Of a DNA stretch of 64,000 bases, positions 1 through 9,605 are shown piece by piece; position 1 is the first letter of the stretch; every line of letters starts with the position of its first letter. Both the position numbers and the translations under genes were made by a program. The notes below the pieces were generated by a model, which searched no databases, was not told the origin of the DNA, and was given only the letters and a program-made list of their open reading frames with translations. The stretch is from Cyanobacteriota bacterium. GTDB lineage: Bacteria; Cyanobacteriota; Cyanobacteriia; Thermostichales; Thermostichaceae. The stretch is taken from positions 1 through 64,000 of the forward strand of contig JANRIL010000046.1 in the NCBI GenBank assembly GCA_033764955.1. The letters run 5' to 3'.

Positions 1-1
1 C

Positions 2-58
2 GCTGGACGGACAAAGACTGATGTGATCCGAGAGCTTGTCCGTTCTTTGTCAGAATAA
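2..58 (+). CDS. 3' end of a small CopG/ribbon-helix-helix protein (truncated by window edge)
   Basis: Frame 2 reads AGRTKTDVIRELVRSLSE-stop, resembling the C-terminal helix of RHH proteins found beside cyanobacterial tnpB genes. Confidence 0.55.
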   Translation, partial: AGRTKTDVIRELVRSLSE

Positions 59-77
59 ATTGTTCGCCTTCGGCTCA

Positions 78-140
78 CGCGGCTCTCTTCCCGACCCTGA
101 CCCTTCGGGTACAGGGCGGGGCTTCCCGCCTAATAGCTAA
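78..140. mobile_element. Probable IS200/IS605-family terminal hairpin
   Basis: Hairpin CCCG-A-CCCTG-ACCC-TTC-GGGT-A-CAGGG-CGGG (90-120) followed by GCTTCCCGCC, directly after the RHH fragment. Confidence 0.5.
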
Positions 141-163
141 AATCAGGACTCAAGATTCATTGG

Positions 164-805
164 CTAGGCATTTGGCGGTAAGTCGGGAAAATGAGGTTGC
201 AAATACGCAATCAACAGCTTCTTCGCTTCAACCAAAACTTGATCCTGGAACGTTTGATCTTTCGATAAGGCCAAGATATCGAGAGTACAGGCAACCTCAA
301 CACTCACCGTAGCGATTAACTCCCGATAGCTGGGATCCAGGGAGGGATTGCGAGCCGCGAAATAAACGATAAATTGTTGAGCAATTTCCTGATAAAAAGC
401 GGCGTTCATAGCCACTGTTGTCGGGATTAAACGGGATTGCACAAACACAGTGCGAAATCCTGGATTCATCCTGGCAAACTGATCAAAAGCGTTGACCAGT
501 TCGCTAATATACGTGGCCAGAGGGACATGCAGTACCTTCTGAGTGTGCAGGGATTCTGACAGCGATCTCAGTTGATTCAGATAGCGATCCAACAGGGCAT
601 GGAAAATAGCCAGCTTATCGGGGAAAAACCGATACAAACTGCCAACGGAGGTCTTGGCTCTGGCGGCAATATCGTCGGTCGTAACGGAATCATAGCCAGC
701 CTCCGCAAACAATTCAGCAGCAGCATCCAGAATACGGTCAAATCGCTGACGGCTACGTGCCTGTTGCGGTAGACGCCAGAGGGGTGTGGGCGGGTCATGA
801 GTCAT
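164..805 (-). CDS. TetR/AcrR family transcriptional regulator
   Basis: PQQARSRQRFDRILDAAAELF...TTDDIAARAKTSVGSLYRFFPDK helix-turn-helix. Confidence 0.95.
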   Translation of the reverse strand: MTHDPPTPLWRLPQQARSRQRFDRILDAAAELFAEAGYDSVTTDDIAARAKTSVGSLYRFFPDKLAIFHALLDRYLNQLRSLSESLHTQKVLHVPLATYISELVNAFDQFARMNPGFRTVFVQSRLIPTTVAMNAAFYQEIAQQFIVYFAARNPSLDPSYRELIATVSVEVACTLDILALSKDQTFQDQVLVEAKKLLIAYLQPHFPDLPPNA

Positions 806-821
806 TCAGATAGACAATGGG

Positions 822-873
822 TTGACAAACATGAGGGAAACCTCGCATATTATAAACATGAGGGAAACCTCGC
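822..873. promoter_or_regulatory. Tandem TetR-type operators overlapping a sigma70-like promoter
   Basis: Exact 20-bp direct repeat AAACATGAGGGAAACCTCGC at 827-846 and 854-873, each containing the dyad GAGG-GAAA-CCTC; TTGACA at 822-827. Confidence 0.75.
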
Positions 874-907
874 TTATTGATAGATAGCAGAATGGACGGA
901 GGTATTT

Positions 908-1327
908 ATGAATAGTACGTCTCAATTGGATAGGGTTGATGCTCGCTCTACTCTGAACCTGCCATTGTTTGGAGTTCTGGGGGTCTTGGCCTGGGCTATT
1001 GGTGTGTTATTTATTCGGTTTGCGGGCGGCACTTTTTTTGTGGAGGGTAGCCCCTGGCTGGTGGGGTTGTATGGGTTAACCATTCCAGGAGTATGGCTTT
1101 TGGTAAAAGGGCTGGCTTTGGCGACTAAGCTTTCTGGCGTGGAGATTGTCCTAGCTATCGTCATCATGAATGCTACAGCTACTCTCTTCGATGGGGTAGC
1201 CATTGCCTGGATGCCTTCTCTTTATGACTTGCCCCTGTCTGCCCATTTATTAGCAGCGGCTTATCTGCTTTGGTTTGTGGGGCTGACCCTCTGGTTTAGC
1301 TTTGGACTGAGCCATTCTGAGTCTTAG
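908..1327 (+). CDS. Small multi-TM membrane protein (DUF5367-like), divergent from tetR
   Basis: Four hydrophobic segments, LFDG motif, GGAGG RBS upstream. Confidence 0.75.
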   Translation: MNSTSQLDRVDARSTLNLPLFGVLGVLAWAIGVLFIRFAGGTFFVEGSPWLVGLYGLTIPGVWLLVKGLALATKLSGVEIVLAIVIMNATATLFDGVAIAWMPSLYDLPLSAHLLAAAYLLWFVGLTLWFSFGLSHSES

Positions 1328-1551
1328 CCGATTCTGATCGGGTTGAGCTAGTTTGTCGGGATTGCTTGGGCATCACCATAAACTCCAGAAAACTCAATAC
1401 AGAAACCTGGGCGATTGAGATATCGTCCTTTTTTGTCATTCCTTCATGACTGCTTCTGCTTGATCATCGGCTGATGGTTTCTACCAGAAGGAGGGGCAAC
1501 CGGGATCCCGATACCTATGGAATGGAAAGCTGATGGGGGAAAGGGGCAAAA

Positions 1552-1809
1552 CTAGCGATGAGCTTGAGAACGCTTCACTAACTGTTGCCAAAGATTAAGG
1601 GGGATTTGTGGGTGGGGAGGTCGGGATCCCTGAAAAGTGGGGAGATCTTCCGGCAGATAGTGTAGAGCGACCTTGACTGTCGGATCAAGAAAGCTACAGC
1701 GCCGTTGACTTTGCCTAAGGGCGTCTCCCCAAAAAATATCAGTCCAATCGAGCCGTTGCTCAACCGAAATAGCAGGGAAAACCCAAGTAGCCTGGGAGGT
1801 CTTATTCAT
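1552..1809 (-). CDS. Hypothetical protein coupled to the upstream Asr1405/Asl0597-like gene
   Basis: 85-aa ORF whose start overlaps the end of the preceding gene. Confidence 0.5.
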   Translation of the reverse strand: MNKTSQATWVFPAISVEQRLDWTDIFWGDALRQSQRRCSFLDPTVKVALHYLPEDLPTFQGSRPPHPQIPLNLWQQLVKRSQAHR

Positions 1810-2047
1810 GCCAGCACCGCTCTAACCAACCTATTAACTGACTTCGGGACAGGTGAAACTGCTGCACCACGCTGCGAACTTGCAGAACCGTGATCGGGTC
1901 AGATACATCCACACGCAACTGACCATCTTCCGTACAGCAAGCGGGGATCCCTAATTCCTGTAGCCGCCGCCAAATCCCCCAACGCTCGCTGAGATTGACG
2001 TGAACCACTTGCCCATCGAGCCTTGATTGAGGACTCAACGAATTCAT
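1802..2047 (-). CDS. Asr1405/Asl0597 family protein
   Basis: ERWGIWRRLQELGIPACC...SRSQLIGWLERCW motif; ATG at 2047. Confidence 0.75.
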   Translation of the reverse strand: MNSLSPQSRLDGQVVHVNLSERWGIWRRLQELGIPACCTEDGQLRVDVSDPITVLQVRSVVQQFHLSRSQLIGWLERCWHE

Positions 2048-2311
2048 AAATACTGACTCCCTGACAACCTGAAAAATGTAGCCCTGCAAGATCTAGAGAG
2101 CCGACGGGCAAGCCTACCTTCCCTCGCTGCTCTTGATGGATGCCTTTCCCTAAAGTCAATACCGAAGCTGAGTTAACGCAGGAGAAATGAACCCCCATTC
2201 CTGAGCCTTGTCCAACAAAAACGGACTTGGCAGAGAATAGCCTGGTCTTCTATAGCTATTTATCTTCATTTGTTAGCTCTACATAAAACGGTAACAGATT
2301 TCTGGTTTAAC

Positions 2312-2325
2312 TGCAATTATTCTCA
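2312..2325. promoter_or_regulatory. Putative Fur box
   Basis: Reverse strand TGAGAATAATTGCA resembles the Fur consensus; lies in the divergent region upstream of futA. Confidence 0.45.
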
Positions 2326-2540
2326 CTAAGATTTGAGATAAATGGGGATTATTATCCTTCTTTCCACTCTCCTCTAATCCACAAAGAATCACTTTATCCT
2401 TGTGGGAAGGCTATTTGAGCTGATCCGACCAAGGGAGCCTGAGATGGTGATTCCCCAAGGGAGCAAAGAAAACTGCAAAATATTTTTGTTATTGATTGAC
2501 GGGATCCCTGAATAGCTTGTAGACTTTTCTGTGGCAACTT

Positions 2541-2557
2541 AGGAATAACTATCAATA
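2541..2557. promoter_or_regulatory. Putative Fur box upstream of futA
   Basis: AGGAATAACTATCAATA (reverse TATTGATAGTTATTCCT). Confidence 0.5.
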
Positions 2558-2756
2558 AGCTATCCTATTGCGTTTCCATAGGTTTGCCCAGGGTGACTTT
2601 TCCAGTTCCTACTGCGTAGGGATCGCTAGTTGGGGACGGTGGCTGTGCGGATCCCCCTGCTGCCCCAAAAATCCTAGTGGGGTGAAACGGTCAGGTGGCT
2701 CTGAAAAACCCAAGTGCCACCCTAGGTTTTCTTTTACTGTTTAGGAGTTTGTCTGT

Positions 2757-3812
2757 ATGTCTATTCCCATCACTCGACGTGGGTTTGCTTTGTCTATAGC
2801 GGCGGGAGCCGCAACCTTGGCGGCGGGATCTTTGGCTCGACCCGCCCGCAGCCAATCGGGGCAAGCGATCAATTTATACTCAGCTCGCCACTATGACACC
2901 GATACGGCTCTCTATACCAGCTTCACAGACAAGACGGGCATTAAGGTCAATCTGATTGAGGCAGGTGCTGATGAGTTGATCGAACGCATCATCAGTGAAG
3001 CCGCCAACAGCCCCGCCGATGTTTTGATCACCGTGGATGCCGGACGCCTGTGGCGTGCTCAACAGGCTGGCATTCTAGAACCCCTGACCTCTTCTGTCCT
3101 AGAGTCTGCCGTACCCGCCAATCTGCGGGATCCGAAGGGAGAATGGTTTGGCCTCTCCAAGCGGGCGCGGGTGATCATGTACCACAAAGACAAGGTTCAG
3201 CCGGAAGATCTCTCCACTTACGAAGGGTTGGCGGATCCCAAGTGGAAGGGCAAAGTGCTGATTCGCTCCTCCACAAACATCTATAACCAGTCGTTGGTGG
3301 GATCGATCATTGAGGCGGACGGGGTCAGTGAAACGGAGACTTGGGCGAAGGGGTTGGTGGCGAACTTTGCCCGCCCACCGGAAGGGGGAGACACCGATCA
3401 AATCAAAGCGGTGGCCGCCGGAGTGGGAGACATTGCTGTTTCCAATACCTACTACTTAGCTCGCCTGCTCAAGTCTGACAAAGCCGAAGATAAAGAAGCT
3501 GCCGCCAAAATTGGTGTTTTCTTCCCCAATCAGGGAGATCGAGGCACCCATGTCAACATCAGTGGAGGCGGGGTTCTCAAAACCGCCCCCAACAAAGAGG
3601 CTGCTATCCAATTTTTGGAGCATTTGGTTAGTCCAGAAGCCCAGGAAATCTTTGCCAAAGGCAATAATGAATATCCGGTTTTAGCGAGCGTTGCTCTCGA
3701 TTCGGTAGTCTCTAACTTTGGCTCCTTCAAAGAAGATCAGTTAAATGCCAGCGTTTTTGGGGCGAATAACCCACTGGCTCTGAAGGTTACTGACCGGGCT
3801 GGCTGGAAGTAG
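2757..3812 (+). CDS. futA: Fe(III) ABC transporter substrate-binding protein (FutA/IdiA), Tat-exported
   Basis: TRRGF Tat motif; [31 protein letters not shown]. Confidence 0.95.
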   Translation: MSIPITRRGFALSIAAGAATLAAGSLARPARSQSGQAINLYSARHYDTDTALYTSFTDKTGIKVNLIEAGADELIERIISEAANSPADVLITVDAGRLWRAQQAGILEPLTSSVLESAVPANLRDPKGEWFGLSKRARVIMYHKDKVQPEDLSTYEGLADPKWKGKVLIRSSTNIYNQSLVGSIIEADGVSETETWAKGLVANFARPPEGGDTDQIKAVAAGVGDIAVSNTYYLARLLKSDKAEDKEAAAKIGVFFPNQGDRGTHVNISGGGVLKTAPNKEAAIQFLEHLVSPEAQEIFAKGNNEYPVLASVALDSVVSNFGSFKEDQLNASVFGANNPLALKVTDRAGWK

Positions 3813-3884
3813 TCAGAAGCAAAGTGTGGAAAGGGATCCCAAAACTACCGCTCATCCAGAGGGCGTGGAGCTAGGGATCCGTCC

Positions 3885-3943
3885 CCCTAACGCTTTCTCA
3901 CAGATAACCTCTCGGCAGTCGCTGTGCATTGGGGTTGTTATGC
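3885..3943 (-). other. Degenerate attC-like site (59 bp)
   Basis: Minus strand GCATAAC-AACCC-CAATGCACAG...CTGTGAGAAAGC-GTTAGGG just after the stop of the 3960 gene; inner pairing imperfect. Confidence 0.45.
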
Positions 3944-3959
3944 GCTGATCGCTGGGTCT

Positions 3960-5213
3960 TCATTCTCCCGGTTTAGGCTGTTGATGGGATCCAAAAGGAT
4001 TAACGATTTCCAGAAAATCTTTGGGTGGAGTGACAACCGCTTGAGAAGATGGCGATGGTTGAGTGGGACGGGCTTCACCCATGCCTAACGCGCCTTTTTC
4101 CAAAGTCCCTACAACAAGAGAACCAATATAATCAGCACTGGTATAGGCTGCCTCAATACACTGGTGGACATTCTCTAAATCTTTGTCATCAATAATGCCG
4201 TTGCTGGTAGCCTTATAGAATTGCACCGTGACACGAAGAGGATAACGTTCATCTCGTTCTAGCTTGTGACCTCCCAGTTCCAGATGCTCACCCTCATCCT
4301 CGCCGTACCCAATTACAGCATCTTCCATATCGCTGCCTTCTTCACACAAGAAAGCAACCCCTGCCACAAGTTCACCAGATCCAGGAGAAGCATCAAACCT
4401 TAAGTATTCAAGCTCTTTATGTTTGAGAGGCACTTGAATAACCATCACCATGTTGATATCTTGGGCAACCGTTACTTGTGCTCGTGCCTCTTCCAGCGAA
4501 ATTCCTTGTCGTAGAGCAATTTCTTGAGCCTGGTTTTCTTTGTAATCGCTCAATCGCTCACCTGTAAGACAGGTTTTCTGTCCATTGTTGTTGAAGTAAA
4601 GATTTTGTCCCCATTCAGCTAAATCATTTTCATTGTCAATCACTGTTGCACTGCTTCCTTCTGTAGTAATCAAGATAGCAAGAACAGCAGGGCTTTCCCT
4701 GCGCGATTGATAGTTAAATAACACTGGGTTAAAACTGCACCGACCTTGCTGGGGAATAGGCAGAAAACATGCCTGGGCACTGACTAAAACGTGAGTATCT
4801 TGCTCAGTTAATAGAGGTTGGCTCTCCGCATGGAGCTTTTCAGTATAACTGATGTATTGTGACAAATTAGTTAGGTATTCCTGCAACGTCACAGCTTGTA
4901 ATTCTTCTCCCTTTTCATTCCCTATTTTGATTTTGATCAGTTCCAAGGGAATATCACCCGTTTTATCTGTAAAGTTGGGGTAGCGAATGACAGGCAGGAG
5001 TTCTTTTTGATTAGGACGATCTGGATAGCGCACTTGAAGCGTCATGTCGCTAATATTTTCACCCCAAGTTGATCCGGGTGTACGTGCCATGTCCTCCCAC
5101 ATCACATTAACGACATTCAATCCCAGTTTTTTGACGCGATCGCATAACGCTATGTCGCGGATCATATTTACAACCCTTTTCATTGCAGTCTGAAATAAGT
5201 CATTGGTTGGCAT
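3960..5213 (-). CDS. Hypothetical protein of unknown function (possible gene cassette)
   Basis: Long AT-richer ORF with WEDMARTPGSTWGENISDMTL, SAQACFLP and FNYQS blocks; likely ATG at 5213, alternative 5255. Confidence 0.8.
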   Translation of the reverse strand: MPTNDLFQTAMKRVVNMIRDIALCDRVKKLGLNVVNVMWEDMARTPGSTWGENISDMTLQVRYPDRPNQKELLPVIRYPNFTDKTGDIPLELIKIKIGNEKGEELQAVTLQEYLTNLSQYISYTEKLHAESQPLLTEQDTHVLVSAQACFLPIPQQGRCSFNPVLFNYQSRRESPAVLAILITTEGSSATVIDNENDLAEWGQNLYFNNNGQKTCLTGERLSDYKENQAQEIALRQGISLEEARAQVTVAQDINMVMVIQVPLKHKELEYLRFDASPGSGELVAGVAFLCEEGSDMEDAVIGYGEDEGEHLELGGHKLERDERYPLRVTVQFYKATSNGIIDDKDLENVHQCIEAAYTSADYIGSLVVGTLEKGALGMGEARPTQPSPSSQAVVTPPKDFLEIVNPFGSHQQPKPGE

Positions 5214-5406
5214 AACGGTTTCTCTGGGGGGACAGTTCGGCAGAAAAGCAGACATCTCATGCTCAATATCTACATCTACAAGTAATAAATTCCGAGCAAA
5301 TCACCTAACAACTTCAAATTACAATCCCATCAATAGATTCAACACAGCTTCACCTTTAACGCTACAAGATAGGCTCCAAACTGCTGACTCAACAGCATTG
5401 AGCCGC

Positions 5407-6207
5407 CTAACTAGAGGTTGGCAGCGCAGTCAGGGCAGCGGGGATCCCCTGGCCATTTGGATGCGGTCGGTCATGAAAGAGCAAGGAATGGGGGGGTTCT
5501 AGGCCGTGGGATCCCATCAGGGCAGGGTTGCCCATGATTGCTTTGGTCTCTCCGTCGGCCACCACTTCCCCCTGATCCATAACCATCACCCGCTGACAGG
5601 TTTCTAGAATGAACTCCAGATCGTGGGAGGCAATCAGCAGGGTTTGGGGGGACTGTTGGAGAAACTCGATCAAGCGCCGTCTGGCTCGACAATCTAAGTT
5701 GGCAGAGGGTTCGTCGTAGATCACCACCTGTGGCTGCATGGCCAAGACTCCCGCAATCGCCACCATCCGTTTTTCTCCCCCCGACAAATGGTGAGGAGGG
5801 CGTTCTGCTAATGGAAGGGTTCCGGTCAGCCGCAGCGCCGCCTCCACCCGATCCGTCACCTCCTGACGAGGAAGTCCTAAATTTTCTGGGCCGAAGGCAA
5901 CATCCTGCCACACCGACGTACAAAATAGCTGGTGATCGGGATTTTGAAAGACCAGCCCCACCTCTTGAGACAAGGATCCCACCCGTAACGGCTTGCCCCA
6001 CAGCGCAATCTCTCCGGCGGTGGGGGATAAGATGCCGCATAAGACTAAAAATAAAGTAGTTTTGCCCGCTCCATTGGCACCGATCACCCCAATTCGCTCC
6101 CCCGCTTGGGCTTGCAGATTCACCTGCTTGAGTACATCAGGCCGATCGGGATAGGAAAAACACAGCCCGTGGATAGCGAGAGCCATTGTGGAAGCCTTAC
6201 CTGTCAT
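5407..6207 (-). CDS. cbiO: ECF Co/Ni transporter ATPase
   Basis: GANGAGKTT, VFQNPDHQLF, LSGGEKR, DEP; ATGA overlap with cbiQ. Confidence 0.9.
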   Translation of the reverse strand: MTGKASTMALAIHGLCFSYPDRPDVLKQVNLQAQAGERIGVIGANGAGKTTLFLVLCGILSPTAGEIALWGKPLRVGSLSQEVGLVFQNPDHQLFCTSVWQDVAFGPENLGLPRQEVTDRVEAALRLTGTLPLAERPPHHLSGGEKRMVAIAGVLAMQPQVVIYDEPSANLDCRARRRLIEFLQQSPQTLLIASHDLEFILETCQRVMVMDQGEVVADGETKAIMGNPALMGSHGLEPPHSLLFHDRPHPNGQGIPAALTALPTSS

Positions 6208-6992
6208 GATCCCAGCACCAGAAACTCCATACTGATAAACCCTATACTCAGCAGGCAGGTCAACCCCGTCGCCCACAGACTACCTCTATCCCAAGGAACC
6301 GCCACGGGATCCTTTATCCTCATGCCATATCCCCGCAGACGCATCGCCTGATAGACCCGCTCCGATTGTTCGTAACTGCGGACAAATAGGGATCCCGCCA
6401 GAGAGGCCAATTTCGCTAGGTAGTGCCGATCCGGTAGTAGCCTGCGGGGATGGGGGTCAAACCCCCGCAGACGCATGGCCTGCCGCATTTGCTCCAAATC
6501 ATCCGCCAGTTGGCTGAGATAGCGATAGGTGAGCAGAAGCATATCCGCCAAGATACTGGAAAGCCCAAGGGCGCGCATGGCTTTGACCGTCGTCAGGAGG
6601 GGGCTGGTATTCAATAAAACCAAGCTGAGGGTGAGCAAACAAAAAAAGCGTACCCCGATCAAGACCACCGCCTCACATCCCTCCTGCCGCAGGGTGATCC
6701 CCCCCCACTGGGCTATCACCGTTTCACCAGAAAGAAAAGGCAGAAATAGCACCACCCCCAGCAAAAACACCCCAGGATAGCGGCAGCGCTGCCACCAAAA
6801 CCACCAAGGCAGGCGGGATAACCCATAAAAAAATGCCGTCACCACCACCATGGCGGGTAACAACCGCAGATCCTCCACCAACGCAAAGGCCAGAATCACA
6901 CTCAGCAACCCCAGCAGTTTTCCCCTGGGATCCCAACGGTGCAGGGGGGAATCTAAGGGCAGATTGAGCCGCATTACGGATGACATACCCAC
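6204..6992 (-). CDS. cbiQ: ECF Co/Ni transporter T component
   Basis: SPLHRWDPRGK, LTYRYL, AMRLRGF and AMRLRGY motifs. Confidence 0.9.
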   Translation of the reverse strand: MGMSSVMRLNLPLDSPLHRWDPRGKLLGLLSVILAFALVEDLRLLPAMVVVTAFFYGLSRLPWWFWWQRCRYPGVFLLGVVLFLPFLSGETVIAQWGGITLRQEGCEAVVLIGVRFFCLLTLSLVLLNTSPLLTTVKAMRALGLSSILADMLLLTYRYLSQLADDLEQMRQAMRLRGFDPHPRRLLPDRHYLAKLASLAGSLFVRSYEQSERVYQAMRLRGYGMRIKDPVAVPWDRGSLWATGLTCLLSIGFISMEFLVLGS

Positions 6993-6995
6993 CCC

Positions 6996-7646
6996 CTACC
7001 CCTGATTTTTCAAAAGTTCTGGTTTCACCTTATGCAGGAACAAAACCAGCAGGGTTGTGAAAGCTCCCTCAATCAGCATGAGGGGAATATGGGCAAGGGT
7101 CAGGCTGTAGGTGGCGATTTTTTCCGCTTGCGCCTCTAAATCAGCCGGAATCGTCGTGAGGATCAATCCCCAAAAAATCAGCGCCGCCAGACCTAAGCCG
7201 ATGGATCCCGCCAAAAAAGCGGTTAGTCCCAACGCCTGCCGTTCACTCAACCACCGCTGCGTCAAGGGATAGAGCTGAAAGATCCCATGCGCCAGCAAAG
7301 CCGGGATCCCCATCATGGCGGCGTTTACCCCCAAGGTGGATAACCCCCCATGCCCGAAGGTTTCTGCTTGCAGAAATAGCCCAATCAAAATGGCTGGGAA
7401 GGCATAGTAGCCCAAAATCACCCCTAGCAGGCCATTCAGCACCAAATGCACGCTGGCGGGAGGAATCGGGATGTGGATGGAGGAGGCGACAAAAAAAGCT
7501 GCCGTTAGCAGGGAGGCTTTCGGGATCCCCTGGGTTGGATCCCCTTGCCGATGAATCTGGCGCAGACTAAACCAGGTGAGCCCTCCGGTCACCAGATAAC
7601 CAGGCAGCCAAACCTGGGCGGGCAAGAGTCCATCGTTAATGTGCAT
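6996..7646 (-). CDS. cbiM: Co/Ni ECF substrate-specific component
   Basis: MHINDGLL N-terminus; SVHLVLNGLLG, FGHGGLSTLGVN. Confidence 0.9.
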   Translation of the reverse strand: MHINDGLLPAQVWLPGYLVTGGLTWFSLRQIHRQGDPTQGIPKASLLTAAFFVASSIHIPIPPASVHLVLNGLLGVILGYYAFPAILIGLFLQAETFGHGGLSTLGVNAAMMGIPALLAHGIFQLYPLTQRWLSERQALGLTAFLAGSIGLGLAALIFWGLILTTIPADLEAQAEKIATYSLTLAHIPLMLIEGAFTTLLVLFLHKVKPELLKNQG

Positions 7647-8214
7647 GAGATTTCCTGGCAAAAAAGAGTGTTGTTCCTAACAACCCCCAGAGAATGGATC
7701 CCGCCATCAGACCGGTTTGTCGAGGACTTAAGCCGGAGGTAGACCCCTGCGAGTCGCCTAGGGATCCCGCCTGTACGGGAAAAGTGGCAATATCCCCATG
7801 TCCGGCTTGGCGCACCTTTACCTCCCAAATTCCCTCCAGGGTTGGATCCGGTCTAAACACAAAACGCCCCCTCTCGTCCGTTTCCCCTTTGAGCCAAGCT
7901 TTTGCTGGATCGAGGGGGCTATAGACCGTCACCTGTCCCTGCTGCATGGGTTCGCCGGTGTCATAGTCAGCCTGAATTTCGATGGCCTGGGTGACGTGAT
8001 ACTCAATTTTGACGCCATGCCCAAAGCTTGCTTGTGCCCATAGACAACTCCATAGCCCTATCCCTATCCACAGCGATTTGCTAACCTTGCCCACAGGATA
8101 AAGACTCCAGAAACTAGCACGATTTGATAACATTCGCCGATCCATGTTGATTGAGAGGGGATAGCCAGGGAGGATATCGGGATCCCCTAGAGGTTGGCTA
8201 GGGTTTCTTGGCAA
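7636..8214 (-). CDS. Co/Ni ECF accessory protein (NikL/carboxypeptidase-regulatory-like); true start probably further downstream
   Basis: Signal ending at FGHGV, YDTGEPM, GETDERGRFVF, QAGHG, C-terminal TM helix. Confidence 0.75.
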   Translation of the reverse strand: MPRNPSQPLGDPDILPGYPLSINMDRRMLSNRASFWSLYPVGKVSKSLWIGIGLWSCLWAQASFGHGVKIEYHVTQAIEIQADYDTGEPMQQGQVTVYSPLDPAKAWLKGETDERGRFVFRPDPTLEGIWEVKVRQAGHGDIATFPVQAGSLGDSQGSTSGLSPRQTGLMAGSILWGLLGTTLFFARKSHAH

Positions 8215-8984
8215 TGCCCCTCTCCGACATGCCCCAAACTGGCTAAGGCCACCGCTAGCTTTTGATAGTTTTCACCAGACAACTTCGTTTTCAGGGTAGC
8301 CATGTCAGCCGTGAGATTGTCTCCAGTGGCGAGAGCGGCGAACGGCTCAAACCCGACTGCTCCCAGATTCAGGGCATCATCGGCAGCCGTTTCAGCATCC
8401 CCAAAAATGTGGTCAAAGTGAAAGGTGGCCTCTAGGTCAGCCAATCCCCCCGCTTCAAGGATCCCTTTGCGATCCTCTCCAACAAAATCGCCGCAGCTAT
8501 AGGCATATTCCTGGTCAATGTTGAGGGTGAAGGGGATCGACTGATCGGCTTTGGCGGCGGTTCCCACCAACATTAAGGTTTGTCCCTGGGCAGGACCTGC
8601 GCTGGCTGGGGTCATCTTCCAGGCCAAGGCGTTATAGCGACCGGAGGGTGCCACCATCTCGGCTACCAAAATCGGTTCGGCATTCTCATCTCCTGCGGCC
8701 AGATCCACCGTTTGTGACTTCACCAGATCCACCTGGGATTTGGCTTGTAGTCTGCCTTCGGCTTCGGGGTCAAAGGGGGGATCCGTTTGATAGGCCACCA
8801 CATCCGTCAAATGCACATAGACATGCTCAAAATCAATCCGCCAGCCATCTTTCGAGACAAACCCCTGCCGGACAAAATCCTCCCCATTGGCTCGCATCTG
8901 CAACATCCCCTCCGCTAAAGCAGGCGCAGCGAAACTGAACCCGAACATGCAAGAAGCCAAAACCTGCCAGTGTTGCTGCTTCAT
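8187..8984 (-). CDS. Exported DUF4382-like protein of the Co/Ni operon
   Basis: Signal peptide; ANGEDFVRQGFVSKDGW, TFHFDHIFGD, GHVGEGHC. Confidence 0.75.
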   Translation of the reverse strand: MKQQHWQVLASCMFGFSFAAPALAEGMLQMRANGEDFVRQGFVSKDGWRIDFEHVYVHLTDVVAYQTDPPFDPEAEGRLQAKSQVDLVKSQTVDLAAGDENAEPILVAEMVAPSGRYNALAWKMTPASAGPAQGQTLMLVGTAAKADQSIPFTLNIDQEYAYSCGDFVGEDRKGILEAGGLADLEATFHFDHIFGDAETAADDALNLGAVGFEPFAALATGDNLTADMATLKTKLSGENYQKLAVALASLGHVGEGHCQETLANL

Positions 8985-9605
8985 TTGTCACCAACCTTTG
9001 CGACGAGAGCGTACCTAATGGTCATAACCCTCCTACCAAAGCATGTCCTTTCTGCTGTTTACAATCCTCTCCCAGGGCATTTCTATCGATCTTTTTACAG
9101 AATTTTTAGATTCAATCCGATCCCAAAATAGACTTATCAAGAGAACTTTCTATCCGCTAGTAGGGATCCCCCTCTCTCGTCCAGGCAACCCATGATAATT
9201 GCGCCGTTTTCCCTTTTCTGAGAAGGTTTTACCTCTCAGATCCTGAAAGCTATTTTTTGATGGAGCCATATTTTTAGACGAAGCCTATGCCGTTCCGTGA
9301 TGATTTTTGACTTTAGAAATCGAGTCTGCCCATAGAACCCAAGTGAATGTATTCGCTCACCCAAAAAGTCAAAGGATGTGGGGTAGAGATCCGGCAATTG
9401 TCGGAAGCTGGGATAGAACTTTGGGATTCTGTTGTGATCGTTGCCACCACCACAGCATGGCTTTAGTCACTGGGAAAGGGGTGGTAGCATTGCATAGTAT
9501 TTGAACAGGTACTCTTGTGGAAGGGAAACTCGCTTTCACTCGTTTGCCTCAACTTGCCTCCCCATCGAAGGCTGTTTCAAGTGTGTTTCAACTGTACGCA
9601 AGGCT

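Noticed and set aside
827..873. Mini CRISPR array from the 20-bp direct repeat
   Set aside because: Only two copies with a 7-bp gap, located in a divergent tetR promoter.
8985..9300. Cobalamin or NiCo riboswitch upstream of the cbi operon
   Set aside because: No B12-box or recognisable conserved core seen by eye; an Rfam scan would settle it.
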